Origin: Octopus sinensis
Taxonomy: Eukaryota
Length of the DNA: 64,000 nt
NCBI RefSeq assembly: GCF_006345805.1
Contig: NC_043002.1
Location: 19,840,001 to 19,904,000, forward strand
Reading direction: 5' to 3'
Each line of letters starts with the position of its first letter. Position 1 is the stretch's first letter. The translations under genes and the position numbers were made by a program. The notes below the pieces were generated by a model. It ran no database searches. It saw only the letters and a list, made by a program, of their open reading frames with translations, and was not told the origin of the DNA. Positions 13,979-27,508 of this stretch are shown here, piece after piece.

Positions 13979-14357
13979 CACACTTCAGCATTCTAGCCTT
14001 GATCATTCTGTCTTTTTCATATCTAAGACTACAGAGTCTAAGGAGTCCTTCCTTTTTTCGAGATATCAGGATTTGAGTTAAGGGAATTTGGCTGCTATTT
14101 CTAGCAAGTCACACTTCAGCATTCTGTCTTTTTCATATCTAAGACTACAGAGTCTAAGGAGTCCTTCCATTTTTTGAGATATCAGGATGTGAGTTAAGGG
14201 AATTTGGCTGCTATTTCTAGCAAGCCACACTTCAGCATTCTAGCCTTGATCATTCTGTCTTTTTCATATCTAAGACTACAGAGTCCAAGGAGTCCTTCCT
14301 TTTTTCGAAATATCAGAATGTGAGCTAAGGGAATTTGGCTGCTATTTCTAGCAAGTC
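13979..14357 (-). repeat. Tandem triplication (about 131/116/131 bp) of part of the (AAC)-tail interspersed repeat
   Basis: The unit cacacttcagcattct...ggctgctatttctagcaag occurs three times; the middle copy has a 15-bp deletion. Confidence 0.9.
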
Positions 14358-15480
14358 TACAGATTATGTAGAGGCTTGCTTGTTGGCTTGATGAAGTTGA
14401 CGATGTTAAGCCCCAAGAAAACCCTTATTTAGCAAACCTATAAGCAAAGTCTTCCAACCATGACCACCTCGTCTTATTTCCAGACAATACATGAGGACCC
14501 TTATCTATATTATATCTTCCCTTTTTAGAAATGCTACAGTATGTTTCAAGGGGAATCTGACAACTGTTTCTAGCACAATGAACAACCACATATAGGCTCC
14601 TTCACTGGTTCATAGCTGCTGATGTTGTTGTTGTTGTTGTTAGTGCTGATAGCGGTACTACTGCTACTAGTTCTATTGGTGGTAGTGATGTTCTCATTCA
14701 TATTTATTTCCCCCTCAAATCACACCCTCCTATTTTAAAGAGACACATTGAATATTATAATCCAAGATACACAATACCTGGAGAAAAACAAAAAAAAAAA
14801 TGACATGATAGTTAGAGCTGGAAAGCTGTGCTACAACTGATAATGGTGTTAATACTGTAGAAATCCTTTATTTTTGAGCAGGTTGGACTACTGCTTGATT
14901 AGGCAACAACACAAAACACACAAATCCAGCATCACCAGACAGGATATGTATACGCCACAGCCTCAGTCTGAGGTTACAGGTCACAGGTCACTGCACAACT
15001 GCACCAAGCAAGTGCTAGGAGGTGCGGTAGTAGTAGTAGTAGTGGTGGTGGTGGTGGTGGTGGTGGTGGTGATACTGTAATATTGCAGTATGACAGTTTG
15101 AAGAGACGGCAGAGCTTGTTGCATCGAGTTCTTGCTGCTCCAGTGATAGAATTTGAAGTGGTGGAGCTGGGGAAGAAGTTGAAGGGGCTGGCAGTATTTT
15201 TGTGTCTTTATGCATATGTGCATGCGTGAATATGTGTGTGTGTGTCTGTGTGTGTGTGTCTGTGTGTGTGTGTCTGTGTGTGTGTATATAACCATGCAAA
15301 CATACACATACATACATATGTATACATACCTACACATATATGTATACATACAATGTATAGAAAATGTATGTATACACATATATCTACATGTATGTGTATA
15401 TTTGTATACATATATGTATATATATCTTCATATGTATATCTATCTTTCACTCTTTCTTATATCTATCTATCTATCTATAC

Positions 15481-15548
<68 letters not shown>

Positions 15549-15644
15549 TATGTATATATACATATATACATGCACACATAGTGTTAATAAAAGTCAAGAA
15601 GCATGGCATTCAGTTATTTCATAAATGAAAATTGCATTAAATAC

Positions 15645-15858
15645 TCTTTTCTACTCTAGGCACAAGGCCTGAAATTTTGGGGAGGGTGCCAGTCGATTAG
15701 ATTGACCCCAGGAAAGCAACTGGTACTCAATATATCAACCCCAAAAGGATGAAAGGTAAAGTCAACCTCACTGGAATTTCAACTCAGAATGTAAAGACAG
15801 ATGAAATATCGCTAAGTATTTCGCCCGGCGTGCTAACATTTCTGCTAGCTCGCTACCT
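15645..15858 (-). mobile_element. SINE family B, alternative tail
   Basis: Same head, CORE and tail motifs. Confidence 0.8.
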
Positions 15859-16426
15859 TGAACAATGCATTAAATACTACAAAACGTACATGTAAATCAG
15901 ACACTAGACCCCCTAATACTTCGTCAGTTATCAACCAAAAGATACTAATACCTAGCTTCATACTTTTAACTAGGCATTAGTATTTTTCTGTCGATAACCG
16001 ATGAAGTACAGGGTTCTAGTGTCTGTCCTATGTGTACGTTTTGTAGTATTTAATGCGTTTGTCACACACACACATGCCAGTACCGCCTGACTGGCCCTCG
16101 TGCTGGTGGCACGTAAAAGCACCCACTACACTCTCGGAGTGGTTGGCATTAGGAAGGGCATCCAGCTGTAGAAACTCTGCCAGATCAGATTGGAGCCTGG
16201 TGCAACCATCTGTCTCGCCAGTCCTCAGTCAAACTATCCAACCCATGCCAGCATGGAAAGCGGACATTAAACAATGATGATGATGATGATATATATATGT
16301 ATATATATATATATATATTATCTTATATTAAACTTTTAATACTTTTTGATAGTTATATTTTTTAAAAAAATAAATAAATAAATAAAATAAAAAAAATTTT
16401 TTTAATTAATAAATAAATAAATTAAA

Positions 16427-16469
<43 letters not shown>

Positions 16470-17141
16470 AAAATTTATAAGTATAAATTATTAATTTAAA
16501 TAATTTTTTAAATTTTAACTTTAATTTAAATATTTTAAATTTTGAATTTTATATTTTATATATTTTTTATTAATTAATTTTATTTCTATGTATTGGTTTA
16601 TGATTTTCAGTTTGATTTGCCTAATAGTGGTTTTATCTCTAATTTAATATAATATATATATATATATACGTTCAGCAAAATTTAGATTCAAATATGGTAC
16701 TTAAGTCAGAGGCACCAGAATTTTGTATGGTATTATCCATATAAATCTTCAACATGAATAATTTTGACATTTGTTTTTCTCCTTCCTATACATATAAATA
16801 GAAAAAATTCTTTGTCTCCATCCAACCGAAAATCCCCCCCCCTCCCCACTAACAGATCTAAATAACTAAAGGCAAAATCTACAGTCAGAAAATAAATTTT
16901 AATACTATCATGTTCTTAACAATCAAATCAACCTCTCTGTCTGTATATCTACCCTCTTTATAATGTTGGCAAATGAAATGCAAATAAGAATATGTATTGT
17001 CCGTTTGATGGAAGACTTCTATAAATGGCTGAAGATTGCTCAACATTTTAAAACTGATGTAATACTTACAACGTTTAATAAAATGAAGTAGCATGAAACG
17101 ATCGTACCAAATTACCGAAGATATACTTGTTGCTTATTTTG

Positions 17142-17181
<40 letters not shown>

Positions 17182-17247
17182 CACACACACACAATATACA
17201 TGAATATATGTACATACATTTTCATTCATTTATTCATTCTTATATAT

Positions 17248-17291
<44 letters not shown>

Positions 17292-17544
17292 GGGAGCTCA
17301 GTCAGATCAGAATTTCCGGCTATGCTTATACAGTTGTTTCAAGTAAATTACCAGGTTCACTGAAATCAATATATAAGTGACTGAGTATTCCACAGTCACA
17401 TGTACTGTTAATGTCGAGTTCCAGTCAGAATCAGTGTAACACAGTCTGATTACAGAGTTGAATCTTTTAAATTGCAAGCACAGCCCATCCAACAAGCTTC
17501 TACCATTTCTGTCAATCTATTTTCACTCGCAAGACACAGTTTCC

Positions 17545-17853
17545 CGAAAGGATGAAAGGCAAAGTTGATCTCGGTGGAATTTGAACTCAGAACATAAAAC
17601 GAAATACCACTAAGCATTTCTTATTTCTTTACTGCCCACAAGGGGCTACACACAGAGGGGACAAACAAGGACAGACAAACAGATTAAGTCGATTATATCG
17701 ACCCCAGTGCGTAACTGGTACTTATTTAATCAACCCTGAAGGGATGAAAGGCAAAATCGACCTTGGTGGAATTTGAACTCAGAACATAGTGGCAGACGAA
17801 ATACCACTAAGTATTTCACCCAGTGTGCTAATGTTTCTGCCAGCTTGCTGCCT
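17545..17853 (-). mobile_element. SINE family B, full copy plus adjacent partial copy
   Basis: The partial unit at 17545-17620 abuts the tail of the full copy. Confidence 0.8.
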
Positions 17854-18032
17854 TTGCCAATAAACAATATTGATATCTCTTCAGACATGCTGGTTGGAAG
17901 CACCTGGCCTCTTTAGCACTGGAGATACATAGACTCTTAGTTGCTTCAGTGGTGGCAAAAGTGTAGAATGGTATTTATCGAAGATATTTGAGGGGAGAAA
18001 CTACAGGTAGAGTACTCAGGTAAGATTTTTCA

Positions 18033-18290
18033 GTGAATAGTGAAGAATTTCCAGGGAATGCAGGAGCTGTGGTCTACAAAGCAGAAGTAGTATCTAACAA
18101 CACCAAAGGGACAATACTTATACAGAAATGTATTGGGGCAATAGAGCACTCCTTCGAAGCAAGGCTGCATATTCACAGACTGTCTTTAAGGATACAAGAA
18201 GGGTGTAATGTCACAACATAAGCCAAAATATGATAAATAAGAGCCATAAACATCAGCTGGAGGTAGCTGGAATGATTAAGAAATATAGGC
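18033..18290 (+). pseudogene. Decayed Penelope-like GIY-YIG endonuclease fragment
   Basis: AVVYKAEVVSNN...KCIGAIEHSFEARLHIHRLSL resembles the VYKAxV...YIGxTExxFKxRxxxHxxSF motif. Confidence 0.6.
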
Positions 18291-19117
18291 TTTGCTTGGG
18301 AGAGAAGAGAATCGTCCTAAAAAATTCACGTTTTCTGAGTGGTTTTCTGAACTCAAAAAGTGGAATTTAAAATTATAGTTCATAATTTAAATTAAATTAA
18401 ATGAAATTAAATTAACAAGATTATGTGAAATTTAAGCTTTTCTGATTTTATTCTGACGATACTGCTTTCAATGATTATTTTAGCTGACTGTGTATATATA
18501 CATGCAAACTCGTCACAACAGGATTTACTACATTGTAATAACTTATTGGAATTTAATGATTGGTTTTCAATTTAGCTCAATTACTGTGAAATATATTGTC
18601 ATGTTTATACACATTTTCCTCTCACTTATACAAGAAGGTGGAATAAACAGGCTTCAATTACTAATTACATTTGTTTCTCTGCATTGACAACATCTGCAAG
18701 TTCCTGAGTTTTCAGTCTCATACCTTTGCATAAATTATTTCATAAGTAATTACATAAATATGATCTGACAACAGCTGTGTTCCAGCACTTCTTCGGGTAG
18801 ATTGCCTTTAAAACACTGCTGAATCTTGTTCAATTTCATCTCTTTTTCATGTTTTCTTTCTTTAGCAAGTAACTCACAAATTCAAGGTAACACAATTATA
18901 AATACCCAAAATATATGTATGTATATATATATATATATATGTATGTATATATATATGTATAATATATATATATGTATATGAATAAATGGACAGGTCGCTT
19001 CAACCGTGTTTCTGACGTGAATTTGCTACCCAGGTTTCGGTTCAACGAATTTTCCATGCTGACGATAAACATAGAATAATTCATTCACCTACTATATATA
19101 TATATATGTAAATATAT

Positions 19118-19167
<50 letters not shown>

Positions 19168-19173
<6 letters not shown>

Positions 19174-19584
19174 TCTTTTATTCTTTAATTTGCTTCAGTC
19201 ATTTTGACTGTGGCCATACTGGAGCACTGCCTTAAAGTGTTTTTAACTGAAGCAATCGAGCCCAGGACTTAAGTCCTTGTAAACCTAGTACTTATTCTAT
19301 CGGTCTCTTTTGTCAAACCACTAGGTTATAGGAGGACATAAGCATACCCACATCGCTTGTCAAGCAATGGTGGGGGGAAAAACACAGACACAAAGACACA
19401 CACACACATAAATATATATATACAACGGGCTCCTTTCAGTTTCCCTCTACCAAATCCACTCACAAGGCTTTGGTTGGCCCGAGGCTATAGCAGAAGACAC
19501 TTGGCCAAGGTTCTACGCATTGAGACTGAACCTAGAACCACGAAGTGGCGAAGCAAACTTCTTACCACACAGCCACACCTGCAC
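19168..19584 (-). mobile_element. SINE family C, full length
   Basis: Same head, microsatellite and tail as 6186-6588. Confidence 0.85.
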
Positions 19585-19671
19585 CTATATATATATACAT
19601 ATATACTGAAATCTATAGAAAAACAAAATACAAAGACAGGTGTATGAACAAGCAAGTGTATTAGTTTGATG

Positions 19672-19692
19672 TTATATATATATATAAATATT

Positions 19693-19725
<33 letters not shown>

Positions 19726-19912
19726 GATGATGATATATATATAAATATTTATATATATTTATATATATATATATAATATATATATTTATATATATAAATA
19801 TTATATATATATATACATTAATATTTATAAATATATATATAATATTATATATATATATATATATATATAATATTATATATATATTTATATATTTATATAT
19901 ATATAAATATTT

Positions 19913-19960
<48 letters not shown>
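19672..19960. repeat. Long degenerate (TA)n tract
   Basis: About 290 bp, nearly all A/T; dozens of shorter (TA)n, (CA)n and (TATG)n tracts occur throughout the window. Confidence 0.95.
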
Positions 19961-19963
<3 letters not shown>

Positions 19964-20079
19964 GATATAGATAAAGATATAGATATGAAATTAAAGACAA
20001 CTCAAGGGTAAATTACAAAAAATGTCACGATAGTCCTTGATTACTGGAATCACCTCAAAACACTCAAACTGTTCTCTCT

Positions 20080-20390
20080 TTATGTCCCCCTCTATGCTAC
20101 ATCATTTGTACAATGTGAAAAATGCAACCAGTATTGTCCAAACGGTGTTAACATCAAGTTCAAAAATCAATACAATAATCAGACTCGCAGCACATAACCA
20201 CACTGCAACACAACTGTTTTACCTGAACTGTTCCTGCATTATTCAACATTACGTAGAATAAATCAAAGCAGAAAAGGATCTCATAACCTTCAAACAATAT
20301 CTGGGCAAATTCCTCAAAGGAACAGCTGACAAACCACTGACACTCACATATGTTTTAACAAGCAGTGGCTCCCTAATTGAATTATGGTGT
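20080..20390 (+). mobile_element. More decayed copy of the same CR1-like family
   Basis: KDLITFKQYLGKFLKGTADKP; the DNA is colinear with 10015-10330. Confidence 0.6.
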
Positions 20391-21270
20391 TTGACTTCAC
20401 CTTGTGGTGCTATAGAATTAGACATAGACTAGGCCTAATACTAGCTGACCCTATATAAGTTAAAATGTTTATATCCCAGCATGCTAACATGACTAGAGTT
20501 GAGTGGCTGAAAGCAGCAAAAAAGAGTGTGTGTGTGTTATCATTTGTTTCAGTCACTGGACTGTGGCTATGTTGGGGCTCTGTCTTGAAGGGTGTAGTTG
20601 AACAGATTAATTCCAGTCCTTATTTTGCAGTCTGGTACTTATTCTACTGGTCTCTTTATTTTCCATCTTCCTGTGAATTTTGCTTCATTTTGAAAATAAA
20701 AATTTATTTTATGGTTTATTATTGTTTACATTTTAAATTATTTTTGTTTACATTTTGAACCATTTACATATACTTGAGGGCACCAAAGCCTTTTAAGTGC
20801 TTAGGGCCTCTATGGGTCTTGATCCAGCCCTGATCACACGTATATGTTAATAATAAAATGCAGTTCAATCTTTTAGTGAGGAAGGAAAATAGTGTCCTGA
20901 TCCGTTGCAAGGTCTTTCAAGACCAGTGGGAAGGAATGAGAGAGGGAGGTATCTTTAAATCAATGATCTTACCCAAATGATTGCAACAAAGTGAACCATG
21001 TTAAAAGCACCCAAGACACCAGATGGTGATTTTAAACTGGGCAATGTATTAAGTTTACCACTCAACAGTATTTACAACAACATAAGACTGAAGCTGTTAC
21101 ATCATACAAGCATGTCACTAACACCATGTGTCACTTATCTCAAGCACTGTTGTTGTGTCATTATGTGGCACATGGCAGTAATAGCCTCTAACCAGGTACA
21201 TCTAATTTTAATGCATTAATGGTAATCACACCTGATTTCAGAATTGGATCGCTCATAATCTTACACATAT

Positions 21271-21618
21271 AGGTGTTGGAGTAGCTGTGTGGTAAGAAGT
21301 TTGCTTCCAAACCACATGGTTCCAGGTTCAGTCCTACTTCATGGTACCTTGGGCAAGTGTCTTCTGCTACAGCCTCAGGCCAACCAAAGCCTTGTGAGTG
21401 GATTTGGGAGATGTAAACTGAAAGAAGCCCATATATATATATTATATATATATATATAAAGTAAAAAGTAAAGTCAAAAGGAAGTGTAAGTATAGTTAGG
21501 CAGCTTTTTAATCGCTACAAATGTTTTGATACATACAGATCCTCGTTTATTTGGGAATTTTAAGGGTGAACGACATCCATTTGTACTCTTATACATTCTT
21601 AACAGAACACATCTCAAC

Positions 21619-21649
<31 letters not shown>

Positions 21650-21865
21650 ATGTATGTATGTATGTATGTATGTATTTGTCTCCCCCACAATCACTTGACA
21701 ACCGATATTGGTGTGTTTAAGTCCCTGTAACTTAGCAGTTCAGCAAAAGCAACCAATAGAATAAGTACTGGGCTTACAAAGAATAAGTCCTGGAGTCAAT
21801 TTGGTCAACTGAAGGTGGTGCTCCAGCATGGTTGCAGTCAAATGACTGAAACAAGTAAAAGAAAG
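21271..21865 (+). mobile_element. SINE family C with about 160 bp of extra sequence inside its microsatellite
   Basis: Head 21271-21430 and tail 21665-21865. Confidence 0.8.
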
Positions 21866-22185
21866 AAAAAAAATATCATAGCTGCAGTGAACAATGATAA
21901 TCTACACAGGAGTACAAGGTGGTAGCACTGAGTAATTACCAAATGTTTTGTACACATAAAATACTGATTAAAATCTCATAAACACACAGATGCATATATA
22001 TATATACATACGCATAATGCACAAACACTCACATACATTAATACACAACCACAAATATACAGACATAAAAAAGCCTTTGACACTACCATTGTACCACTGG
22101 TTACTGACTTTTGTGTTCTTATTCCTACAACCAAATTTTTCCTTAAATCACACACTATTTAGATGATATCTAAAATTATATTTAT

Positions 22186-22397
22186 TTCTTTATTGCCCAT
22201 GGAGGGCGACAAACAAGGACAGACAAAAGGATTAAGTCGATTACATCGACCCCAGTGCATAAATGGTACTTATTTAATCGACTCCAAAAGGATGAAAGGC
22301 AAAGTCGACCTTGGCAGAATTTGAACTCAGAATCTAACGGCAGATGGAATACCACTAAGCATTTCGCCCAGCATGCTAACGATTCTGCCAGCTTGCC
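22186..22397 (-). mobile_element. SINE family B
   Basis: Head, CORE and tail motifs. Confidence 0.8.
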
Positions 22398-22665
22398 ACA
22401 CTATCTAAAATTATATTGGCTAATGAAGTATCAGAAACAAGATGGAGTGGTCATAACTGGAGCATTTTTTTTATTGTAGGACTTCTCAATCAGAGCTGAC
22501 ATGGAGGCTAAACAATGACAAAAAGTTCAGCAGCCAATAGAGAAGCATAAACCAAAGAGGGAGCCTCTAAGTAATCACTTGACCTGCAAGACATATCAGT
22601 CAAATTTCCATCAAACCACACTTTACATCTTAAACAAAGAGGACATATTAGATAATGTATTCCAA

Positions 22666-23051
22666 TCTATATATATAAAGCTGAAGTTGTGTGTGGCAGG
22701 TTTGGTAGCCTTCAACTAACACTATCTCCTCTGAGACCCTGCGGCGCAAGTTGACCAAAATTGAGAGTATGATAGAAAAAGGCGTGCTCTTCATTCTGTA
22801 GAAGAAAAAATTCAAATCGGACCATGTTAAGACTGAAAATTATTTACATCAGAAAGATGCTTTTTTTCTATGAAAATCCCTATTTTTTACAATTTTTTTA
22901 CTGCTATATCGCCATTTTTCTGTGTATTTCAACCAGAAAAATGTTCAATTAGAGAGAATAACAAGCTACATAATGCAAAATTTTTACCTTTCAAAAATTC
23001 TAATTCTAAAGGGTCGAAACAAACCAGAGCAACGCTGGGCGATACTGCTAT
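22666..23051 (+). mobile_element. Non-autonomous Helitron (386 bp)
   Basis: A|TC 5' end, 3' hairpin CCAG-agcaacg-CTGG (23024-23038), CTAT|T end (canonical CTAG|T). It interrupts an (AAC)-tail repeat. Confidence 0.75.
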
Positions 23052-23384
23052 TATACTCATAAAAAGATGGGATGGTAACAGTTAGAATGCCTTGGTCATA
23101 AAAGAGCTTGATCTCAAGATTGACCAGGGGTTAAACAACAACAGCAATAACTAGTGTTGGATTTAGACATAAGCTAAACATGCTACAGCTTAGGATTTGA
23201 CAGTCCACAGGAACCTGAATCATTCACAAGGGTCTCACAATCTACAGGGCCTCAAAATCATTAAAAAGTATACGTTTTCAATGTGTGACCATCTAGTGTA
23301 ATTTTTTAACATGAAGCTTCCAAGCTTTTTTTTTATAGTTTAGGGCTTTGCCAAGCCTAAATCCAGCACTGAGACAGTATTATT

Positions 23385-23520
23385 TTTTCTACTCTAGGCA
23401 CAAGGCCTGAAATTTTGGGGGAGGGGGGTCAGTCGATTAGAACAACCCCAGTATGCAACTGATACTTAATTTTTCGACCCTGAAAGGATGAAAGGCAAAG
23501 TCGACCTTGGCAGAATTTGA
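23385..23520 (-). mobile_element. SINE family B, alternative tail, truncated
   Basis: Tail and CORE present, head missing. Confidence 0.75.
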
Positions 23521-23619
23521 AGCACTGAAACAGTATTGGTGAAAGGTAACTGTTAACTGTTGACTAAGTCCATATTCACTATGGACATTACCAGAACCTA
23601 CAAACATGTAATCTAACAC

Positions 23620-23825
23620 CTACAACTTGTTAGAAACAACAGTCAAATTTTCCTCAAATTATACTCCATCATCTTAAAAATGAAAGACACACTGCACAAT
23701 ATAGTCCAGGGTACACTGTTCTTGCGGGGAAGACAAAAGACAGGATGGTCATATGTTGAATGTCATTGATCATAAGTCTGTTCAGTTGGAGCTGACTTGG
23801 AACCAAACAACAACAACAACAACTG
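23620..23825 (+). mobile_element. Old (AAC)n-tailed interspersed repeat (family D); further copies near 12640-12820, 14330-14640, 24745-24950, 27440-27880, 27960-28160, 31200-31400 and 31690-31880
   Basis: Shared tagaaatagcagccaaat...ctcaaatcacacc...gacacattggataatg...ggctaaacaacaac. Confidence 0.65.
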
Positions 23826-24553
23826 ATTAGAATAAAGTCATCAACAGGAATGCTCCAGCTTCTGACCCACAGTGCATCCTTCTCTGCTTTGTCTGCTGCA
23901 AGTATAACGAAATCTGATGCTTGGAGCTGGCTAGCCTGATGCCACTTTCATTCAGGCATTCTCACCCTACATGTTTGGCTCTCCTCTTTGCACTACCACT
24001 GTTGTCTCCACCCCCACTCCCAAGCCTCAGACTTATCACTCCACCCAGTCCTTCCTTCCTAAAATGTCGGCTCTCTGGAATTCCCTCCTTGTTCATGTCT
24101 TTCCTGCAGGTGTTGACATGTACATAGGCTCATGAATGAAAGAAGGGTGTGCACCCCCTAATCAAATTTTGTTCCCACACTTATGGACTTGTAAAGGTTC
24201 AAGAAGAACATTAATGCCATCACTCTCACTGGTCTAGGAGAACTTGTGAAAGCCACAAGCACTGACTCTTTGCCCAGACACAGTAAGTGAAGAAACGAAA
24301 AGAAAAATACTAACTCCTTACATGCCATACAGGTCTGTGTTATCAAAGCTGATCAGTAGGTACATAACAATAACAGTAAAGGTGTCTGCTACCCTGATGT
24401 ATGCCTCTTTAAACCTCGTCCACTTAAAAAAACATTTGACAAAACCTGTCATTCTACTTGCTGTTGTCAATTTGTTTCTCACATTAAGAACGTGATAAAA
24501 AGAAGAAAAACAAAAAGAAGAAGAAAACAAAAAACCAATGGAAGCCTCTAAAT

Positions 24554-24735
24554 CAGTGGTTCTAAATCAGAGGTCAAATCCAAAACCTGGATTTTTTTTA
24601 GGTGCCTGCACCAAAAAAAGAAAAACATCAGTCAATTAAAGAAAAATTTATTTATAGAATGAAGACTGCCGAGGGCCACTGAAAGGATGCCTGAGGGCTG
24701 CAAGAGGCCCTTGGAGCCGTGGTTGAGAACTGCTG
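24554..24735. mobile_element. hAT-type MITE (182 bp), older
   Basis: cagtggttct...agaactgctg ends; TSD ctctaaat/ctctatat (7 of 8 match). Confidence 0.7.
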
Positions 24736-25538
24736 CTCTATATAGTCACTCAATTTGTTAGAAATAGCAGCTAAATCCCATTCAAATCACACCTGCTGAC
24801 TTTAAATGATTAAAAAAAAGGACATATTGGATAATATAATCTCTGATGAACAAAATATAGGATAGTCATGATTGGAGGAACTTTGACCACAGATCTATTC
24901 AATTCAGGTTGGCCTAGGGTTAAACAAAAGCAACACCTCAAAACAAGCAAAAATAACCCTGAAAACTCTACCCTCATAAACTCTACCCTCATACAACCTA
25001 ACTCATCCCCATTCCCACATCCTTATCAAACTCCTTTCTCAACAATGTTTTTCCGCCTACCAAAGCCTTGTGAGTGGTTTTTCCACCTATCAAATCCACT
25101 CACAAGGCTTTGGTCGGCCCGAGACTATAGTAGAAGACACTTGCCCAAGGTGCTATGCAGTGGGAGTGAACCCGGAACCATGTGGTTGGTAAGCAAGCTA
25201 CCTATCACACAGCCACTCCTACGCCTATGAAGAACTACAAATGTTACAAAAATTAAATTGTGTGAGAAGCACCCACTTTCTTCCATTCTGGTCGATATTG
25301 GGTCTACAAAATATCCATATCTACCAGATTTTTAGTAGATCCAATATTAATTAAACAATTAGAAAATGAAAACAAAAAGGCAAATTCCTACCACATATAT
25401 GTAATCAATGTATTTGGTAGCTATCAATACCTGAAATTTCCTTGTTTGTTGTTTGTAGGGTTTAAATAGCCTCTAGTGATTCTGTTTATTAATTTCTTAG
25501 ATAAACTCACTTGGTCAAAGTTTTTGCAAGTCAACACA

Positions 25539-25571
<33 letters not shown>

Positions 25572-25844
25572 GTTTAACATCCATTTTCCATGCTAGCATG
25601 GGTTGGACGGTTTGACATGAAGCTGGCCAGCTGGGAGCTGTCCAGACTCCAATTGTCTGTTGCGGCATGGTTTCTATAGTTGGATGTCCTTCCTAATGCC
25701 AGGATGTCCTTTCTAACAACATTACAGGTGTGAAACCCTACCAGTTTACTATATTTGTATTTAGTATGGAGAAGGCTACTCTTATGTGTTTCTTTTTCAG
25801 CCGTATTTCTGAAAGAAATTGTTCTGCTTTATATCAACATTTTT

Positions 25845-26050
25845 ATCATTGTTTCAATGTCTACTTTCCTATGCTTGCATGGGTCAGATGGAGTTTATTG
25901 AGGCAGATTTTATGTAGACAGATGCCCTTCCTGTAACCAACATTTACATGTTTCCAAGCAAGGTTGTTTCTCCATGGCCAAACATGTTTTCGCAGAATAT
26001 TGGAAATAGATGACATTTGTTTAAAATAATCACAAAATGTCAAGACAAGA
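25845..26050 (-). mobile_element. Second (GAT)n-tailed family (F); further copies at about 4485-4720, 6805-7030 and 7420-7650
   Basis: Shared ttccatgcttgcatgggtcaga...gaggcagatttt...gatgtcaagacaag. Confidence 0.7.
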
Positions 26051-26216
26051 AGATACAAACATACAAACACTCACACACACATACATATGTACCCCGTGTA
26101 TGTATGTATGTATGTATGTATGCATGTGCACATATGTGTGTGCATATGTCCATGCATGCCTATGTACATACTTATGTATGTATTATGTATATGTGTATGT
26201 ATGTAAGCATGCATGC

Positions 26217-26247
<31 letters not shown>

Positions 26248-26252
26248 CATGC

Positions 26253-26310
<58 letters not shown>

Positions 26311-26873
26311 ATGTATGTATGTATGTATGTATGTATGAGTGAATGAATGAATGAAAACATTTCTTTCCACATACTGTTCTTTGGACAGTGTTTGAATAAC
26401 AACTTCATTCTCTCACATATGAATACCCCACCTCTCTCTCTCTCGCTTTCTTTATTATTCTTTCTCTCTTATCCTTTACACCTGGTGTGTTAGACTGTCA
26501 AGCGTAAAACTTAAAGATGCAACACAGGAAGGTTTCATCTTCCATTCCAGTAAATTGATGTAAATGTTAAAATGATGTTAATATTTTAAAACAACTTTGA
26601 GAATAACAACAAAACACTTCGTGATGAAGTGATTCAAACTTATTTATGAGAAAAATAATAATTAGTCCAATCATTGTATGACAAATTTTTTACATTGAAA
26701 TAGAGAAATAGAATACTACTTTCTGTGACCAAAGCATTTAACTTTTAAATAATCCAGTTTTCTAAACCAAAAATAAGCCTGTAAAATGGAAACATTAACA
26801 AAAACAATTGTTGTGTGTAAAGCTTGGAGAAGGATGTTCTCCTCTTTGTCCCCAATATGATTTGCTATAAATA

Positions 26874-27426
26874 TTGGGTTGTCCGGAAAGTTCGTGCCGA
26901 TTTTTAAAAGAAAGAAAAAGGTCAATAAATACTTGCCATTACATTTTAAATCAACCAAATATGAACCATTTTGTTGCACAATGCGTCTCCATCTTTCCTT
27001 TAACTTGAAAATACCCTCTTTCCAGAATTGAGGTGGTTTCATGGCAAAGAATTCATTAAGGTGTCTTTTTACGTCATCCAAGAAATTGAAATTCTTACCA
27101 TTAAGACTATTCTGCAGAGACCTGAATAAGTGGAAATCCAAAGGAGCAATATCTGGTGAATAGGGAGGGTGGGGGTAACACATCCCAGCAATTTTTGTCT
27201 GGTTCCCAAATCATCATGTGCCGAAAATGAACTTTCTTATCTTCCATTTTAAAGGGTTACAGAATTAACACAGGTTATAGGAACACAAACCTTCCATGAA
27301 AAGATAACTTAAACTGTGCTCTAAATGGAGGTGTAGTCAAATCCTATTTTATTGACTAAACCATGTTCTAACATATGTCGAAAGGTAAGCTACTATAAAT
27401 CAGCATGAACTTTCCAGACAACCCAA
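26874..27426 (-). mobile_element. Internally deleted mariner (553 bp) with both TIRs
   Basis: TIRs ttgggttgtccggaaagttcgtgccga / tcagcatgaactttccagacaacccaa with TA on both sides. Transposase C-terminus HPPYSPDIAPLDFHLFRSLQN...WRRIVQQNGSY. Confidence 0.92.
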
Positions 27427-27508
27427 TACATTATATAAAGAAGAGCCAATGAGGAAGCCATTACACAATCATTCAATATGCAACAAATAACAGCCAAATC
27501 TTCTTTAA

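Noticed and set aside
18640-18890. Minus-strand coding-like stretch (ELLAKERKHEKEMKLNKIQQCF...)
   Set aside because: It has stops and frame changes, no recognisable family and no resemblance to a K2P exon; possibly a TE relic.
24150-24480. Plus-strand coding-like stretch
   Set aside because: Several stops and no motif that I can assign.
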